This document shows, in pieces, positions 52,760 to 62,157 of a DNA stretch of 64,000 nt (position 1 is the stretch's first letter; each line of letters begins with the position of its first letter). The stretch lies in contig OY970126.1 of NCBI GenBank assembly GCA_963705915.1, positions 515,552 to 579,551 of the forward strand. Reading direction: 5' to 3'. The notes under the pieces were generated by a model. That model ran no database searches and had not been told where the DNA came from. It saw nothing but the letters and a program-made list of their open reading frames with translations. This DNA comes from an uncultured bacterium (lineage in GTDB: Bacteria > Patescibacteriota > Minisyncoccia > UBA6257 > 2-01-FULL-56-20). The position numbers and the translations under genes were made by a program.

Positions 52760-54481
52760 TTAGATTTCTTCCGTCTCTCTCACCACTTCTTCAATGGAAA
52801 CCAAACCGCGGAGCGCTTTCACGACGCCGTCCTGCCGGAGCGAAATCATGCCTTGGTTTTTGGCTTCTTTGATAATCTTTTGCGTCGTGGGGCCGTCAGC
52901 CACAATCAATTCGAGCGCCGGCGTCATGCGCAGCACTTCATAGATACCCATGCGACCGAGGATGCCTTTGCCTTTGCACGTGTCGCAGCCCTGCGCATGG
53001 TAAATCTGATACGGCTCAGAGAATTTCGACGCGACGTCAACCGGCAGGCCGACGAGTGCATTTTTTATGACCTTCTGCAGTTCAAGCGTTGCGGTTTCCG
53101 CAACTTTGCAATCGGGGCAAAGCACGCCGACAAGGCGCTGGGCGATCATGAGATTCACCGACACCGGAATGAGGAACGGTTCAACTTTCATGTCGATGAG
53201 GCGCGGGATCACGCCGGCACTGTTGTTGGTGTGGAGCGTCGAAAGCACGATGTGGCCGGTGAGCGCCGCCTGCACGGCGAGGCCGGCAGTTTCGTTGTCG
53301 CGAATTTCGCCGACCATAATGATGTCCGGGTCTTGGCGAAGAATCTGCCGCAAGCCGGATGCAAAATCGTAGCCGATTTCCGGACGAACCTGGGACTGGT
53401 TGATGCCGCTCACAAAATATTCCACCGGGTCTTCGAGCGAAACGATGTTCACGTCTTCCTGGTTCAACGTCTGCAAAAACGCATAGAGCGTGGTGGTTTT
53501 ACCGGATCCCGTTGGGCCCGTGATGAGCACCATGCCAAACGGTTTATCAAGGCCTTGCTTGATGATCGCGCGGGTTTGGTCGAGGAGATCGAGTTTTTCA
53601 AAACTCTTGAGGCCGGCTTCCGGATCGAGCACGCGGATGGCTACTTTTTCGCCGAGCGGCGTGGGGAAGGTGGCAACGCGGAAGTCGATGTCGCGATCAA
53701 AAATCCTCGCACGAAAACGGCCGTCCTGAGGGATTCGGGTTTCATCAATCTTTAAATTTGAAATGACTTTCACGCGCGAGGTGATCGGCTGGGCAAGTTC
53801 AAGCGGCAACGATGCCACTTGCCGGAGATCGCCGTCGACGCGGAACCGAATGCGTAATCCTTTGACCTGGGGCTCGATGTGTACGTCGGACGCTTTGTTT
53901 TGCACTGCCTCGCGGAAGGTGTCGGCGACAATCTTAATGATCGGCGCGTCGTCGGCCGAGCCGCTACCCTCGAGTTCGATCATTTTTTGGCCGTCGCCGC
54001 TTGCTTTGAGGTTGAGCGACTGGATCGCGCTTGCGATTTCGCTTCGGTACGGCGAATAGCGGCGCAGAACGCCATCCCAATCGCCGTAGGAAACAAGGTA
54101 CACGCCGAGATTCAAATGGTTGCGACGCGCGATGAACTTCATCGCCTCTTGCGCCTTCGGGTCGTCGGGGTGGAGCATGCCGACGATGAATAAATTATCG
54201 GCGAGGCTCATCGGAATCGATTCGTACGTCCGCGCCGTCTCTTCGGGCAAAAGTTCAAAAAGTTTTGCGTCAACCGAGGCAGGATCGATTTTTTTATAGG
54301 GAACGTTGAGCAGCTCGCTCTTGAGCTGAGCCACTTGCTCATCAGGCACAAGACGATCGCGCCCTATGATAGTTTCAATGGAATCGCCGCTCACCAGCGA
54401 ATCACGCCGCAATCGATTTGCGACGGGGACAGCCACCATGCCACGGGTCTGCAGCTCCTTGAGAAGATCTTCTCCGGTCAT
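52760..54481 (-). CDS. pilB: Type IV pilus assembly ATPase PilB (GspE family)
   Basis: N-terminal GspII-like domain, Walker A GPTGSGKTTT, the tetracysteine motif CPDCK...CDTCKGKG, and the His box STLHTN. Confidence 0.9.
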   Translation of the reverse strand: MTGEDLLKELQTRGMVAVPVANRLRRDSLVSGDSIETIIGRDRLVPDEQVAQLKSELLNVPYKKIDPASVDAKLFELLPEETARTYESIPMSLADNLFIVGMLHPDDPKAQEAMKFIARRNHLNLGVYLVSYGDWDGVLRRYSPYRSEIASAIQSLNLKASGDGQKMIELEGSGSADDAPIIKIVADTFREAVQNKASDVHIEPQVKGLRIRFRVDGDLRQVASLPLELAQPITSRVKVISNLKIDETRIPQDGRFRARIFDRDIDFRVATFPTPLGEKVAIRVLDPEAGLKSFEKLDLLDQTRAIIKQGLDKPFGMVLITGPTGSGKTTTLYAFLQTLNQEDVNIVSLEDPVEYFVSGINQSQVRPEIGYDFASGLRQILRQDPDIIMVGEIRDNETAGLAVQAALTGHIVLSTLHTNNSAGVIPRLIDMKVEPFLIPVSVNLMIAQRLVGVLCPDCKVAETATLELQKVIKNALVGLPVDVASKFSEPYQIYHAQGCDTCKGKGILGRMGIYEVLRMTPALELIVADGPTTQKIIKEAKNQGMISLRQDGVVKALRGLVSIEEVVRETEEI

Positions 54482-54509
54482 AGTGCTATTTTAGCACGGA
54501 GCACCGCCG

Positions 54510-54812
54510 TTATGGTGCGATGAAGGGATTAGAGCGGCTTCCGGTGCCGCCGGTCGAAGTCGGAACCATAGGAACCGTGGGCTGCTGGAGCGCTTGGAAT
54601 GCCGCGCTCTTTAAAACGCTGTCAGGATTCACTGGGTTTTCAACGATAGGTTCGATCGTACTCAAGCTTCCGCTCGGCTCGATGATGACGAGTTGCGGCG
54701 TCACGAAGAATATATAATAGATGGCCACAATAAATACGATGAAAACCACGACCCAGCCGATGATGCGCACGAGACCTGACTTGCTCTTTTCTTCTTCGAT
54801 GATGATGGCCAT
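54510..54812 (-). CDS. Small membrane protein in the pilus operon (100 aa), possibly PilP-like
   Basis: Single TM helix IIGWVVVFIVFIVAIYYIFF. Lies between pilO-like and pilB. Confidence 0.45.
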   Translation of the reverse strand: MAIIIEEEKSKSGLVRIIGWVVVFIVFIVAIYYIFFVTPQLVIIEPSGSLSTIEPIVENPVNPDSVLKSAAFQALQQPTVPMVPTSTGGTGSRSNPFIAP

Positions 54813-54813
54813 G

Positions 54814-55425
54814 TTATTGCGATTGATAATAGGTCATGACACTTATGCTAAAAGTGAAGGCATCGGGGGTGCTTGTCTTTCCGGTGCCGCCCGAGAGCGG
54901 AGCGACGGAAACCTCTTGGACATCAAAGAGGCGCATATTGGTTGCAAGATCGTTCAAGAATGACTGAAAGTTTTCATAACTGCCGACAAGCGAGAGCGCG
55001 AAGGTGATCGTGCCGAGCGGCTTCACGATTTGCCCGGTCGCCGCAGCGCCCGCGATATCCCCTTCCGGCACGGATGCCGCAGCAAGCTGCGAACTAATAC
55101 CGATATTTTGGATCGTGAGACTGTTCGCACCAGCGATACCGTAGAGTTGAGCAATACCATCTGCCAAATCGGGGCCAACCGGCAATGCGGTATTCACCGC
55201 TTCCGCATCGGACGATTGACTGTTATACGTGGTGAGAAGGCCCTGGATCTGATTCACCACTTGCTTTTCGTTCGTAAGGAGCGCCTGGTCGGAAAGTTCG
55301 CTCGCTTTTGCTGATTGGAGACTGGTATATGCCGGCGTGAGCATGTCGAAATACACCACAAGCGCAAGCACAATAAAGAGCAGTGCGAAGATCATACTGT
55401 AAAGCCGTTTGGTGTTCTGCTTCAT
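54814..55425 (-). CDS. pilO: PilO-like pilus assembly protein
   Basis: N-terminal TM helix, then a coiled-coil segment. Position directly after the pilM and pilN-like genes. Confidence 0.6.
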   Translation of the reverse strand: MKQNTKRLYSMIFALLFIVLALVVYFDMLTPAYTSLQSAKASELSDQALLTNEKQVVNQIQGLLTTYNSQSSDAEAVNTALPVGPDLADGIAQLYGIAGANSLTIQNIGISSQLAAASVPEGDIAGAAATGQIVKPLGTITFALSLVGSYENFQSFLNDLATNMRLFDVQEVSVAPLSGGTGKTSTPDAFTFSISVMTYYQSQ

Positions 55426-55958
55426 AGTTTGGTTGGGTCAATCGTGATGTTCGCCGTGAATTGCCAGACATTGTCCGTGAACGCGATACCGGAGATGGTA
55501 AGCGTTGTTATCTCGGGTGCCGATTCGAGTACGGCGATCTGCTGGTTGGCATCGGCTTCGCTCTTTGCGTTTGCCGTGAGCGTCATCGTGCCGCTATTCG
55601 AATAGCTGAAGGCGCTCCAATACACGTTTGACTCCGTATGATTCTCAAGCCACGTGAAAATGGCCGTGCCGTTCGTGTGCCCCTGCAGCAATGTTTGTAA
55701 ATTACTAATTTGAGAATAAAAATTGATGAGCTCTGTTTGATCCGTGGGAGAAATTGATTGTTCGGTCTGGCTGATCTCGTCTTGCACTTTTGCCGTCTGG
55801 TTTGCGAGGTACGGCTGATAGCCGTAGGTGAGGCCAGCGTACGTAATGAGGACGATCGCGAGAATGCCTCCGGAAAAGGAAATAAGCCCGAATGACCATC
55901 CTGGGCTTTGCGAAGTATCCCTCCCGATTTGTTCAACAACTTTTTCTGGAAGAGGCAT
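55422..55958 (-). CDS. pilN: PilN-like pilus assembly protein
   Basis: Single N-terminal TM helix (GLISFSGGILAIVLITYAGL) immediately downstream of pilM. 4-nt overlap, operon-like. Confidence 0.6.
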   Translation of the reverse strand: MPLPEKVVEQIGRDTSQSPGWSFGLISFSGGILAIVLITYAGLTYGYQPYLANQTAKVQDEISQTEQSISPTDQTELINFYSQISNLQTLLQGHTNGTAIFTWLENHTESNVYWSAFSYSNSGTMTLTANAKSEADANQQIAVLESAPEITTLTISGIAFTDNVWQFTANITIDPTKL

Positions 55959-55963
55959 GGTTC

Positions 55964-57052
55964 TTATGCGAGAGCCTTCATACCGAGGCCGAGCGCGACG
56001 CTCATAATGGGGCCGAGCTCGGGGACGAAGGGCTGGATGGCGTCCGGATATCCGAACTTCGCGAAGGGCGTTGCCTTTACGACGGGGATGCCAAACTCTC
56101 GCTCAAAATATTTTTCGATGCCGATAAGGTCGGCGCCACCGCCTGCAAGCACCACGCGTTCGGCCATTTTCGCCGAAGGAAGCTGTTCGTGGTACACAAA
56201 GACGGACTTCTTCACTTCATTTATTATAACATCCAAAAATGGCAGCATAATTGTGGATAGCTCATAATTTGGCCCCGTTCCCAAAATGCCTTTCTCTTTT
56301 TTGAGCTCTTCGGCGCGCAACGGATTCACGTGAAGGCTCGACGAAAGCGCTTGCGTGAGTGAATACGAAGCGTAATCAGTTTGCGCGCTCCACGTGACAC
56401 TCCCCTTTTCCATAAAAATAATGTTCGTCGAGCGGCTGCCGATGTCGATGAGGATCGTAGGCGTTGGATCTCCCGAAAAAAGCCGCGCGAGACTGAGGCT
56501 CTCAATCTCAAGCGCGCGGAGCGACAGGCCAACCGACTCAAACATCCGCTGATAGCGGCTGATCTGCTCGCGCGGCACGGAGATGAGCATGATCTTCGTG
56601 TGGTCGAAGCCTTTATCATCTTGATATTCACCAACCTGCAACCAGTCGAGCGCCACCTCTTCAATCGGCAACGGCACGTACTGCCGCGCTTGATAGACGA
56701 GCGCCTTTTCGATTTCCTTCGGATCCATTTTGGGAAAATCGATCATCGTGGTGAAGACCGAAAAGAGCGGCAACGACGCATACGCGTCTTTCGTGGAAGG
56801 CTTCATTTCGCGCAAAAGCGTTCTCAAAAGCTGGACGATGTCGGCTTCAAAAATCTTGAGGCTGCTCGTTTGAAGTGCCTGATTCGCGCGCGCGAGATAA
56901 CCGCTCGATTCGAGGAGCCCATAATTGATAACTTCCGGGCCATGGTTACCGTGCGCCACTTCGGCCATCTTGATTGAGGTTGTCCCGATGTCGACCGTGA
57001 GCGACGATCCGGAAAATCCCCTTTTAAACATAGTGAGCGGATTGTCCATCAA
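55964..57052 (-). CDS. pilM: Type IV pilus assembly ATPase-fold protein PilM
   Basis: Actin-like ATPase fold: SLTVDIGTTSIKMAEV and ILIDIGSRSTNIIF phosphate motifs. 362 aa. Confidence 0.85.
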   Translation of the reverse strand: MMDNPLTMFKRGFSGSSLTVDIGTTSIKMAEVAHGNHGPEVINYGLLESSGYLARANQALQTSSLKIFEADIVQLLRTLLREMKPSTKDAYASLPLFSVFTTMIDFPKMDPKEIEKALVYQARQYVPLPIEEVALDWLQVGEYQDDKGFDHTKIMLISVPREQISRYQRMFESVGLSLRALEIESLSLARLFSGDPTPTILIDIGSRSTNIIFMEKGSVTWSAQTDYASYSLTQALSSSLHVNPLRAEELKKEKGILGTGPNYELSTIMLPFLDVIINEVKKSVFVYHEQLPSAKMAERVVLAGGGADLIGIEKYFEREFGIPVVKATPFAKFGYPDAIQPFVPELGPIMSVALGLGMKALA

Positions 57053-57069
57053 AATTTAATATATTCTTA

Positions 57070-57768
57070 ATGCCGTCTTGCTACTATCATAGCATGAATT
57101 TCGCCCCTTTTATTGAGATTTTATTCCCGCGGCGATGCCTCGCCTGCGGGCAAACTATCGCATCAGCATCCACGGCGTGTTGTGAGACGTGCCGTCGGAA
57201 TATTTTGTTAAACCCGCCGCCTGTGCTGTCTCTTGGCAATGAAAAATCTTTTCCCGTCGCCGCAACGAGATATGAAAATCCCATCATCCAAAAACTCATT
57301 CACCACCTAAAATTCAACGGGATAAAAAGCGCTGCCACGCCGCTCGGCGAAATACTCGCCGAATACGTCCTCGAATCGGACGCATCGTACTTGGATTTCA
57401 TTGCGAGCGCAACGATAATCCCGATCCCCCTCGCAAAGAAACGCGAGCGCCACCGGGGATTCAATCAATCGACGCTTATCGCACAGGCATGGAACCGTTC
57501 CATGCAACGCGGCAACGCGAAGGGCATTGTAATCAAAGATCATATCCTCGCACGCATCCGCAACGTGCCCCCTCAAAGCAAAACTGCAAGCGCCGAAGAG
57601 CGGCGGGAAAATATTCGGGGATGCTTCGGCGTGCGTGAAGCGCCGCCGCAGAACATCGTGCTCCTCGACGATGTGGTCACCACCGGATCAACGTTGCATG
57701 AAGCAGCGGCCACGCTCAACGCTGCGGGCGCAAAAAAGATCCTCGCGCTCGCCGTTGCAAACGCTTAA
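57070..57768 (+). CDS. comF: ComF-family competence protein (phosphoribosyltransferase domain with N-terminal zinc finger)
   Basis: N-terminal CLACGQ...CCETCRRN zinc finger and the C-terminal PRTase motif VLLDDVVTTGSTL. Confidence 0.8.
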   Translation: MPSCYYHSMNFAPFIEILFPRRCLACGQTIASASTACCETCRRNILLNPPPVLSLGNEKSFPVAATRYENPIIQKLIHHLKFNGIKSAATPLGEILAEYVLESDASYLDFIASATIIPIPLAKKRERHRGFNQSTLIAQAWNRSMQRGNAKGIVIKDHILARIRNVPPQSKTASAEERRENIRGCFGVREAPPQNIVLLDDVVTTGSTLHEAAATLNAAGAKKILALAVANA

Positions 57769-57787
57769 TCGGTACGATCCAAAAAAA

Positions 57788-58627
57788 CTATTGCGGAAGC
57801 AATGCTTGAATTTCAGTGCTCACGTTGAAAAATTGCTGATAGGTATCAGAAAGCGATGCGAGCGATTGCTGGATGAGATTGAGTGACTGGTCGGGCGGCA
57901 AAAATTGCGCGAGTGCGTTGTATGCCGACTGGTTCAAGGCCTGCGCCGACTGGAAAGATGCGAGCGCGGCATTAAATGAATCTTGCAGCGCCGAATCAGG
58001 CGTTGCGCCCTCAAGGAATGAGACCGCCCGACTCGTCTGATCCATGCGATCGGCTGCGGTCGTAAACAGGCTTTGATTCGCATTCCAGATGATAAAATTA
58101 TTCACGTCGCCCGCGATAGGATCGTAGGAACCCGTGCGATACGCGAGCACTTCCTTTGCGATCGCTTCACTGCCCGAAATGCCCGCACCGTTCAATTTGG
58201 TGAGTTCGATATTATAAAAATTGATCGCGTCGTCCAGCCTGCTCGAAAGTTGTCCGGCAAGATTGGCCGAATCACCGCTCACAGAAAGAGCGTTCAATGA
58301 CGTTTGGAGCGTGGTCGCTTCCTCTTCTGCACAGGTGATCGTCTGCGAAAGAAGCTGCTTGCGGAGTGCGAGTTCTTCAACAAGGTTATTCTCTACCGCC
58401 GCAACCTGCGCGAGGTCGGCTGCGCTTGGCGCGCAGATGTCCGTGACGCCCGGGGCAACCATCGGCGTGCTTGTGGCGAGCGTCCCCGTGGCGTTGGTTC
58501 CGGCAGACGCCGTGGTGCTCGCGGTGCTTGTGCCGGTGTCAGCGTAAACTCTCGCAGCACCGACAAGCCAAACCGCTGCGAGCGCGGCCAAGCATAGCGA
58601 ACCTGCAATGCGTGCATAGGATTTCAT
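57788..58627 (-). CDS. Secreted coiled-coil hypothetical protein (279 aa)
   Basis: Signal peptide MKSYARIAGSLCLAALAAVWLVGAARVYA. Ala/Gln/Leu-rich helical composition. Confidence 0.5.
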   Translation of the reverse strand: MKSYARIAGSLCLAALAAVWLVGAARVYADTGTSTASTTASAGTNATGTLATSTPMVAPGVTDICAPSAADLAQVAAVENNLVEELALRKQLLSQTITCAEEEATTLQTSLNALSVSGDSANLAGQLSSRLDDAINFYNIELTKLNGAGISGSEAIAKEVLAYRTGSYDPIAGDVNNFIIWNANQSLFTTAADRMDQTSRAVSFLEGATPDSALQDSFNAALASFQSAQALNQSAYNALAQFLPPDQSLNLIQQSLASLSDTYQQFFNVSTEIQALLPQ

Positions 58628-58657
58628 AGAGATACGTATGGTGAAAATGCCGACGGC

Positions 58658-59167
58658 TTACTGCGACAACGCGCGGAGAGCATTATCAACCGAAGCCGTT
58701 GATGTGCTTGCGGTGCTCGTCGTGGAACTCCCTGCTCCAGCCGGTGTGGAAACAGAAGATGTCGCAACGGTTATTGCTGCGGAGAATGAACGCGGGCTTG
58801 CCGCCGATCCGCTCGCCTCTTGCGTGGAGCCATTATTGAGAGAGGCGACGTTCGGGTAGCTCACGTTTGCAAGCTGGATCTGCATGTCGATCGCCTGCGC
58901 TTCTGCGTGAAGCCCCGCCGAATCAATCACCGAATATTGCACCGGCGTGATGTAGCCCGAGTTTGAAAAAGCCCCCGTGATGAGCAGTATGAAAAATCCT
59001 GCGAGCGCGACTGCCGCGCCGGTTTCGATAAATTGCAAAATACCCCGGAACGGGCTCATCGCCGGCATCTCTTGCCGTGACGCCAAAATAACCCGTTTGG
59101 ATTTCTCCGTGTATGACGGGTCTGGTTTTATGGTTTTAAATTTTCGAAGGGTTTCGAAAAGGTTCAT
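58658..59167 (-). CDS. Putative anti-sigma factor (membrane protein downstream of, and overlapping, the ECF sigma gene)
   Basis: ATGA start/stop overlap with the sigma gene. Single TM helix AAVALAGFFILLITGAF and a Ser/Thr-rich extracytoplasmic tail. Confidence 0.5.
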   Translation of the reverse strand: MNLFETLRKFKTIKPDPSYTEKSKRVILASRQEMPAMSPFRGILQFIETGAAVALAGFFILLITGAFSNSGYITPVQYSVIDSAGLHAEAQAIDMQIQLANVSYPNVASLNNGSTQEASGSAASPRSFSAAITVATSSVSTPAGAGSSTTSTASTSTASVDNALRALSQ

Positions 59168-59733
59168 GATTGTAATGATTCGAATGGCAACGGTTCTTTT
59201 GTCCCAAGCAATTTTTGCAATTCTTTAATTGCGCGATGTTGGATCAACTTTACCGCACCTTCTGTTTTGCCCATGATAGTCGCGGTCTCCTTGAGAGAAA
59301 TATCTTCGATGAAACGCATGATGATCACGTCCTGATAATCTGGTTTCAACGTTTCGACCGCGTGTCGGACTTTCTCCACTTCGAGCTTCATCATAAGGTC
59401 TGAGGTTATCGACGACGTCGCCACGAAATATTCCGGGTCGATGACGTCCAAGCTCACATCACTTTTCTTTGCACGATAGTGATCGATCACTTGGTTGCGG
59501 GCGATCTGATAGAGCCAGCTCGAGAACGGATGTCCGCGATGCTTGTAGGTCCGGACATTCTGCCAGGCCGATAAAAAAACCTGGTGGGTGATATCTTCCG
59601 CCTCTTCACGGCTTCCGACCTTTACCAATATGAACCGATAAATCATCGGTTGGTAATGGTCATAAAGCGTGCCAAAGGCCGAGGATGCACCCCGGATGGC
59701 GTCTTTTATTAACTTTTCTTCGCCATCTATCAT
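59164..59733 (-). CDS. RNA polymerase sigma-70 factor, ECF subfamily (track ORF runs to 59790; likely start MIDGEEK)
   Basis: Region 2 (YRFILVKVGSREEAEDITHQVFLSAWQ, HPFSSWLYQIARN) and region 4 HTH (SLKETATIMGKTEGAVKLIQHRAIKELQ). Confidence 0.8.
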   Translation of the reverse strand: MIDGEEKLIKDAIRGASSAFGTLYDHYQPMIYRFILVKVGSREEAEDITHQVFLSAWQNVRTYKHRGHPFSSWLYQIARNQVIDHYRAKKSDVSLDVIDPEYFVATSSITSDLMMKLEVEKVRHAVETLKPDYQDVIIMRFIEDISLKETATIMGKTEGAVKLIQHRAIKELQKLLGTKEPLPFESLQS

Positions 59734-59859
59734 GTAAAACGTGAGGAATGATGAATACGTTACTCTATATAATACGACTCCAGCCAACAAAAAAGCCCTA
59801 CGAATCAGGGCATATCTCTTCTCTATCCATAATACCCCTTTAGAAAGGGCGGGTCAAAG

Positions 59860-60861
59860 CTACGTTTCGGTCTGTGCTTTTTCTTTTCTCTTCTTATCGG
59901 CGAACTCCTTCCACTCGTCGGTGACAATCCCGCCGACAACGGCAAGCTCGGCTTTGATCGCGGGGTGTGGGTCGTAGCCAATAAGCGTTGCATGCTCGGG
60001 ACGAAAATCATCGATCGTTTTCACCGAAGGGTCGAGTGTGAGCGTTGGCAACGGTTTTGGCTCGCGGGAGAGTTGTTCCTTCACAGCTTCCATGTGATTC
60101 TCGTAAATATGTACATCGCCATAGGTATGGATGAATTCTCCGGGCTGATTCCCCGTCACCTGCGCGAGGATAATGGTGAGCAAAGCATAGCTCGCAATGT
60201 TAAACGGGACGCCGAGAAAAATATCCGCTGAACGCTGATAGAGATGAAGCGACAGCTTTCCGTTTTTTACATTTGCCTGATACATGTTATGGCAAATTGG
60301 GAATCGTGCCGCTTCGTTCGGCAATGCCATCTCGTAGAGGTATTCCGGGTTCCAGGAATTCACAAGGGCGTTGTGCGCGTCCGGATCTTTTTTGAGATCA
60401 TCAACAATCCACTGCACCTGGTCAATCGTCCGCCCGTTCTTTGCCGGCCAATGTCGCCAGAGCTGCCCATAGATATACGGAAGCTCGCCGTATTGTTTTG
60501 CAAACTCGGTGTCGGATGCAATTTTTGCGATGAATGCATCTTTTGTCATCTCGGGCAACTGCCCCTTCACCATCTTTTCGTGATAGATGCGGTAGGGATA
60601 ATCGTCCCAAATGTGAACGTTGTTATCGACGAGATATTTTATATTCGATTGTCCCGACAAAAACCAATAAAGCTCGTGCAAGACGCCCTTCCAATATACA
60701 CGCTTGGTGGTGAGCATGGGAAAACCGTCGGCGAGGTTGAAGCGCAGCTGCCGCCCGAAGACGCTGTAGGTCACGTCGCCGGTGCCTTTATCGGTCTGCT
60801 TCTCGCCATGATCCAAAATGTCCTGAAGCAAATCGAGATATTGTTTTTCGGGATGGGCCAT
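59860..60861 (-). CDS. thyA: Thymidylate synthase (long form)
   Basis: Active-site region FPICHNMYQANV, plus LPFNIASYALLT and the dUMP-binding HxYxN-like HTYGDVHIYENH. Confidence 0.85.
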   Translation of the reverse strand: MAHPEKQYLDLLQDILDHGEKQTDKGTGDVTYSVFGRQLRFNLADGFPMLTTKRVYWKGVLHELYWFLSGQSNIKYLVDNNVHIWDDYPYRIYHEKMVKGQLPEMTKDAFIAKIASDTEFAKQYGELPYIYGQLWRHWPAKNGRTIDQVQWIVDDLKKDPDAHNALVNSWNPEYLYEMALPNEAARFPICHNMYQANVKNGKLSLHLYQRSADIFLGVPFNIASYALLTIILAQVTGNQPGEFIHTYGDVHIYENHMEAVKEQLSREPKPLPTLTLDPSVKTIDDFRPEHATLIGYDPHPAIKAELAVVGGIVTDEWKEFADKKRKEKAQTET

Positions 60862-60882
60862 TGGTCTTTTATTCTTATCCGA

Positions 60883-61557
60883 CTATGCTATCGTAAAAAA
60901 TTTTTCTGTGCCGTAGTAGTCCCGCCAGTGCTCATTATAATAGGCGAACATCCGGCCGAGGCGGGCTTGGTCAAGTTCATCCGCGCCCACTTGTTTCATT
61001 AGGTTCCTGAGCGTCGTTTTCGCTGCGTCGGCTCGGGTTGGGTCGTTTTCGATCATTTCAAACTCCGCAAGATAACCGTACCCGGCGTTTTTATCAATCG
61101 TCACATTGGCACCTGAAAAGCTATACTCTTCCCGCTCGCGCGACCACTTGGCTTGGTAGGTAAAACCGGCTTTGAGCACGATCGCATCGAGCTCATCGAG
61201 CGTCATTGAAACTTGTTTATCAAATTCACGGCGCGCGGTGCCGTTCGCGCTCGTTGTGTCATCGATCGAGGCTTTGAGCACGAGGAGGACCGTGCCGTTC
61301 GCATCGCGGGTGCGCAACGAAAAATCCTTCGCCCTGGACGCAAGCTCGAGAAATTCTTTTCGATCGCTTTCATTTTTGAGCGCCGTGGCAACGAGAGACC
61401 AGTCCCCTTTCCCTTCAAAGTAATGGTTGAGTTGCTTGCTCTCGCCCGTCTTCTTGAAACTTGCATCGCTACGCTGCATCGCGGCGAGTAACCGGTCGGC
61501 GCTTTCGCGGCTCCCGAGGAGTGATTTAATTTCAATTTCGTAACTTGCTCCAGCCAT
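60883..61557 (-). CDS. CYTH-domain protein (triphosphate tunnel metalloenzyme)
   Basis: N-terminal YEIEIK matches the CYTH EXEXK motif. About 220 aa. Confidence 0.7.
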   Translation of the reverse strand: MAGASYEIEIKSLLGSRESADRLLAAMQRSDASFKKTGESKQLNHYFEGKGDWSLVATALKNESDRKEFLELASRAKDFSLRTRDANGTVLLVLKASIDDTTSANGTARREFDKQVSMTLDELDAIVLKAGFTYQAKWSREREEYSFSGANVTIDKNAGYGYLAEFEMIENDPTRADAAKTTLRNLMKQVGADELDQARLGRMFAYYNEHWRDYYGTEKFFTIA

Positions 61558-61569
61558 AGGAATAAAAAA

Positions 61570-62157
61570 TTATGACGCGTGTTTGTTTTCCGACTCTTCC
61601 GCAAAGCGAGACGCGAGCGGCTCTGCCTGACGGACATACTTCCCGTCTTTTTTGCTGGTATAGGGAACTTCTGCCGGGCTCGAAAGTTCCTCGAAGGTGA
61701 ATGCGCAGACGCGCATGCCCGGCCAAAGGAGCACCGGCACAACGCCCAAATTGCCGAGTTCCATCACGGGCTTTCCTTTCCATCCGGCATCGAATATCGA
61801 TGCGGTGCCGTGCACAATGATGCCGAGGCGACCGAGCGAGCTGCGGCCTTCAATGCGGCCGATGAGATCGTCCGAGATTTCGAGCCACTCAAGCGTTGTT
61901 GCAAGCACAAGGTCGCCGGGATGGAGCACAAGCGGCTCGCCATCCGGAATCACAAACTCTTCCATGATCTTTTCCGCTTCCTGCATGTGACGCACGTCAA
62001 CGTGCGTCATTTTTGATGGACGAAATGCACGGGCTGTGCTCCCAAGCCGGAGGTCGAGTGAGCACGAGCCAAGCTGTGTTGTGTAATCGGGAGCCGGATT
62101 AACTTTGATGCGGCCGGAGGCGATGGCTTTTTTTATGTCGCGATCGGAGAGAATCAT
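61570..62157 (-). CDS. dcd: dCTP deaminase
   Basis: MILSDRDIKKAI N-terminus, GxxxxS/T and the trimeric dUTPase-fold motif GRSSLGRLGI. Confidence 0.88.
   Translation of the reverse strand: MILSDRDIKKAIASGRIKVNPAPDYTTQLGSCSLDLRLGSTARAFRPSKMTHVDVRHMQEAEKIMEEFVIPDGEPLVLHPGDLVLATTLEWLEISDDLIGRIEGRSSLGRLGIIVHGTASIFDAGWKGKPVMELGNLGVVPVLLWPGMRVCAFTFEELSSPAEVPYTSKKDGKYVRQAEPLASRFAEESENKHAS

Noticed and set aside
52853-53755. 300-aa plus-strand ORF
   Set aside because: It is antisense within pilB, with shadow-frame composition.
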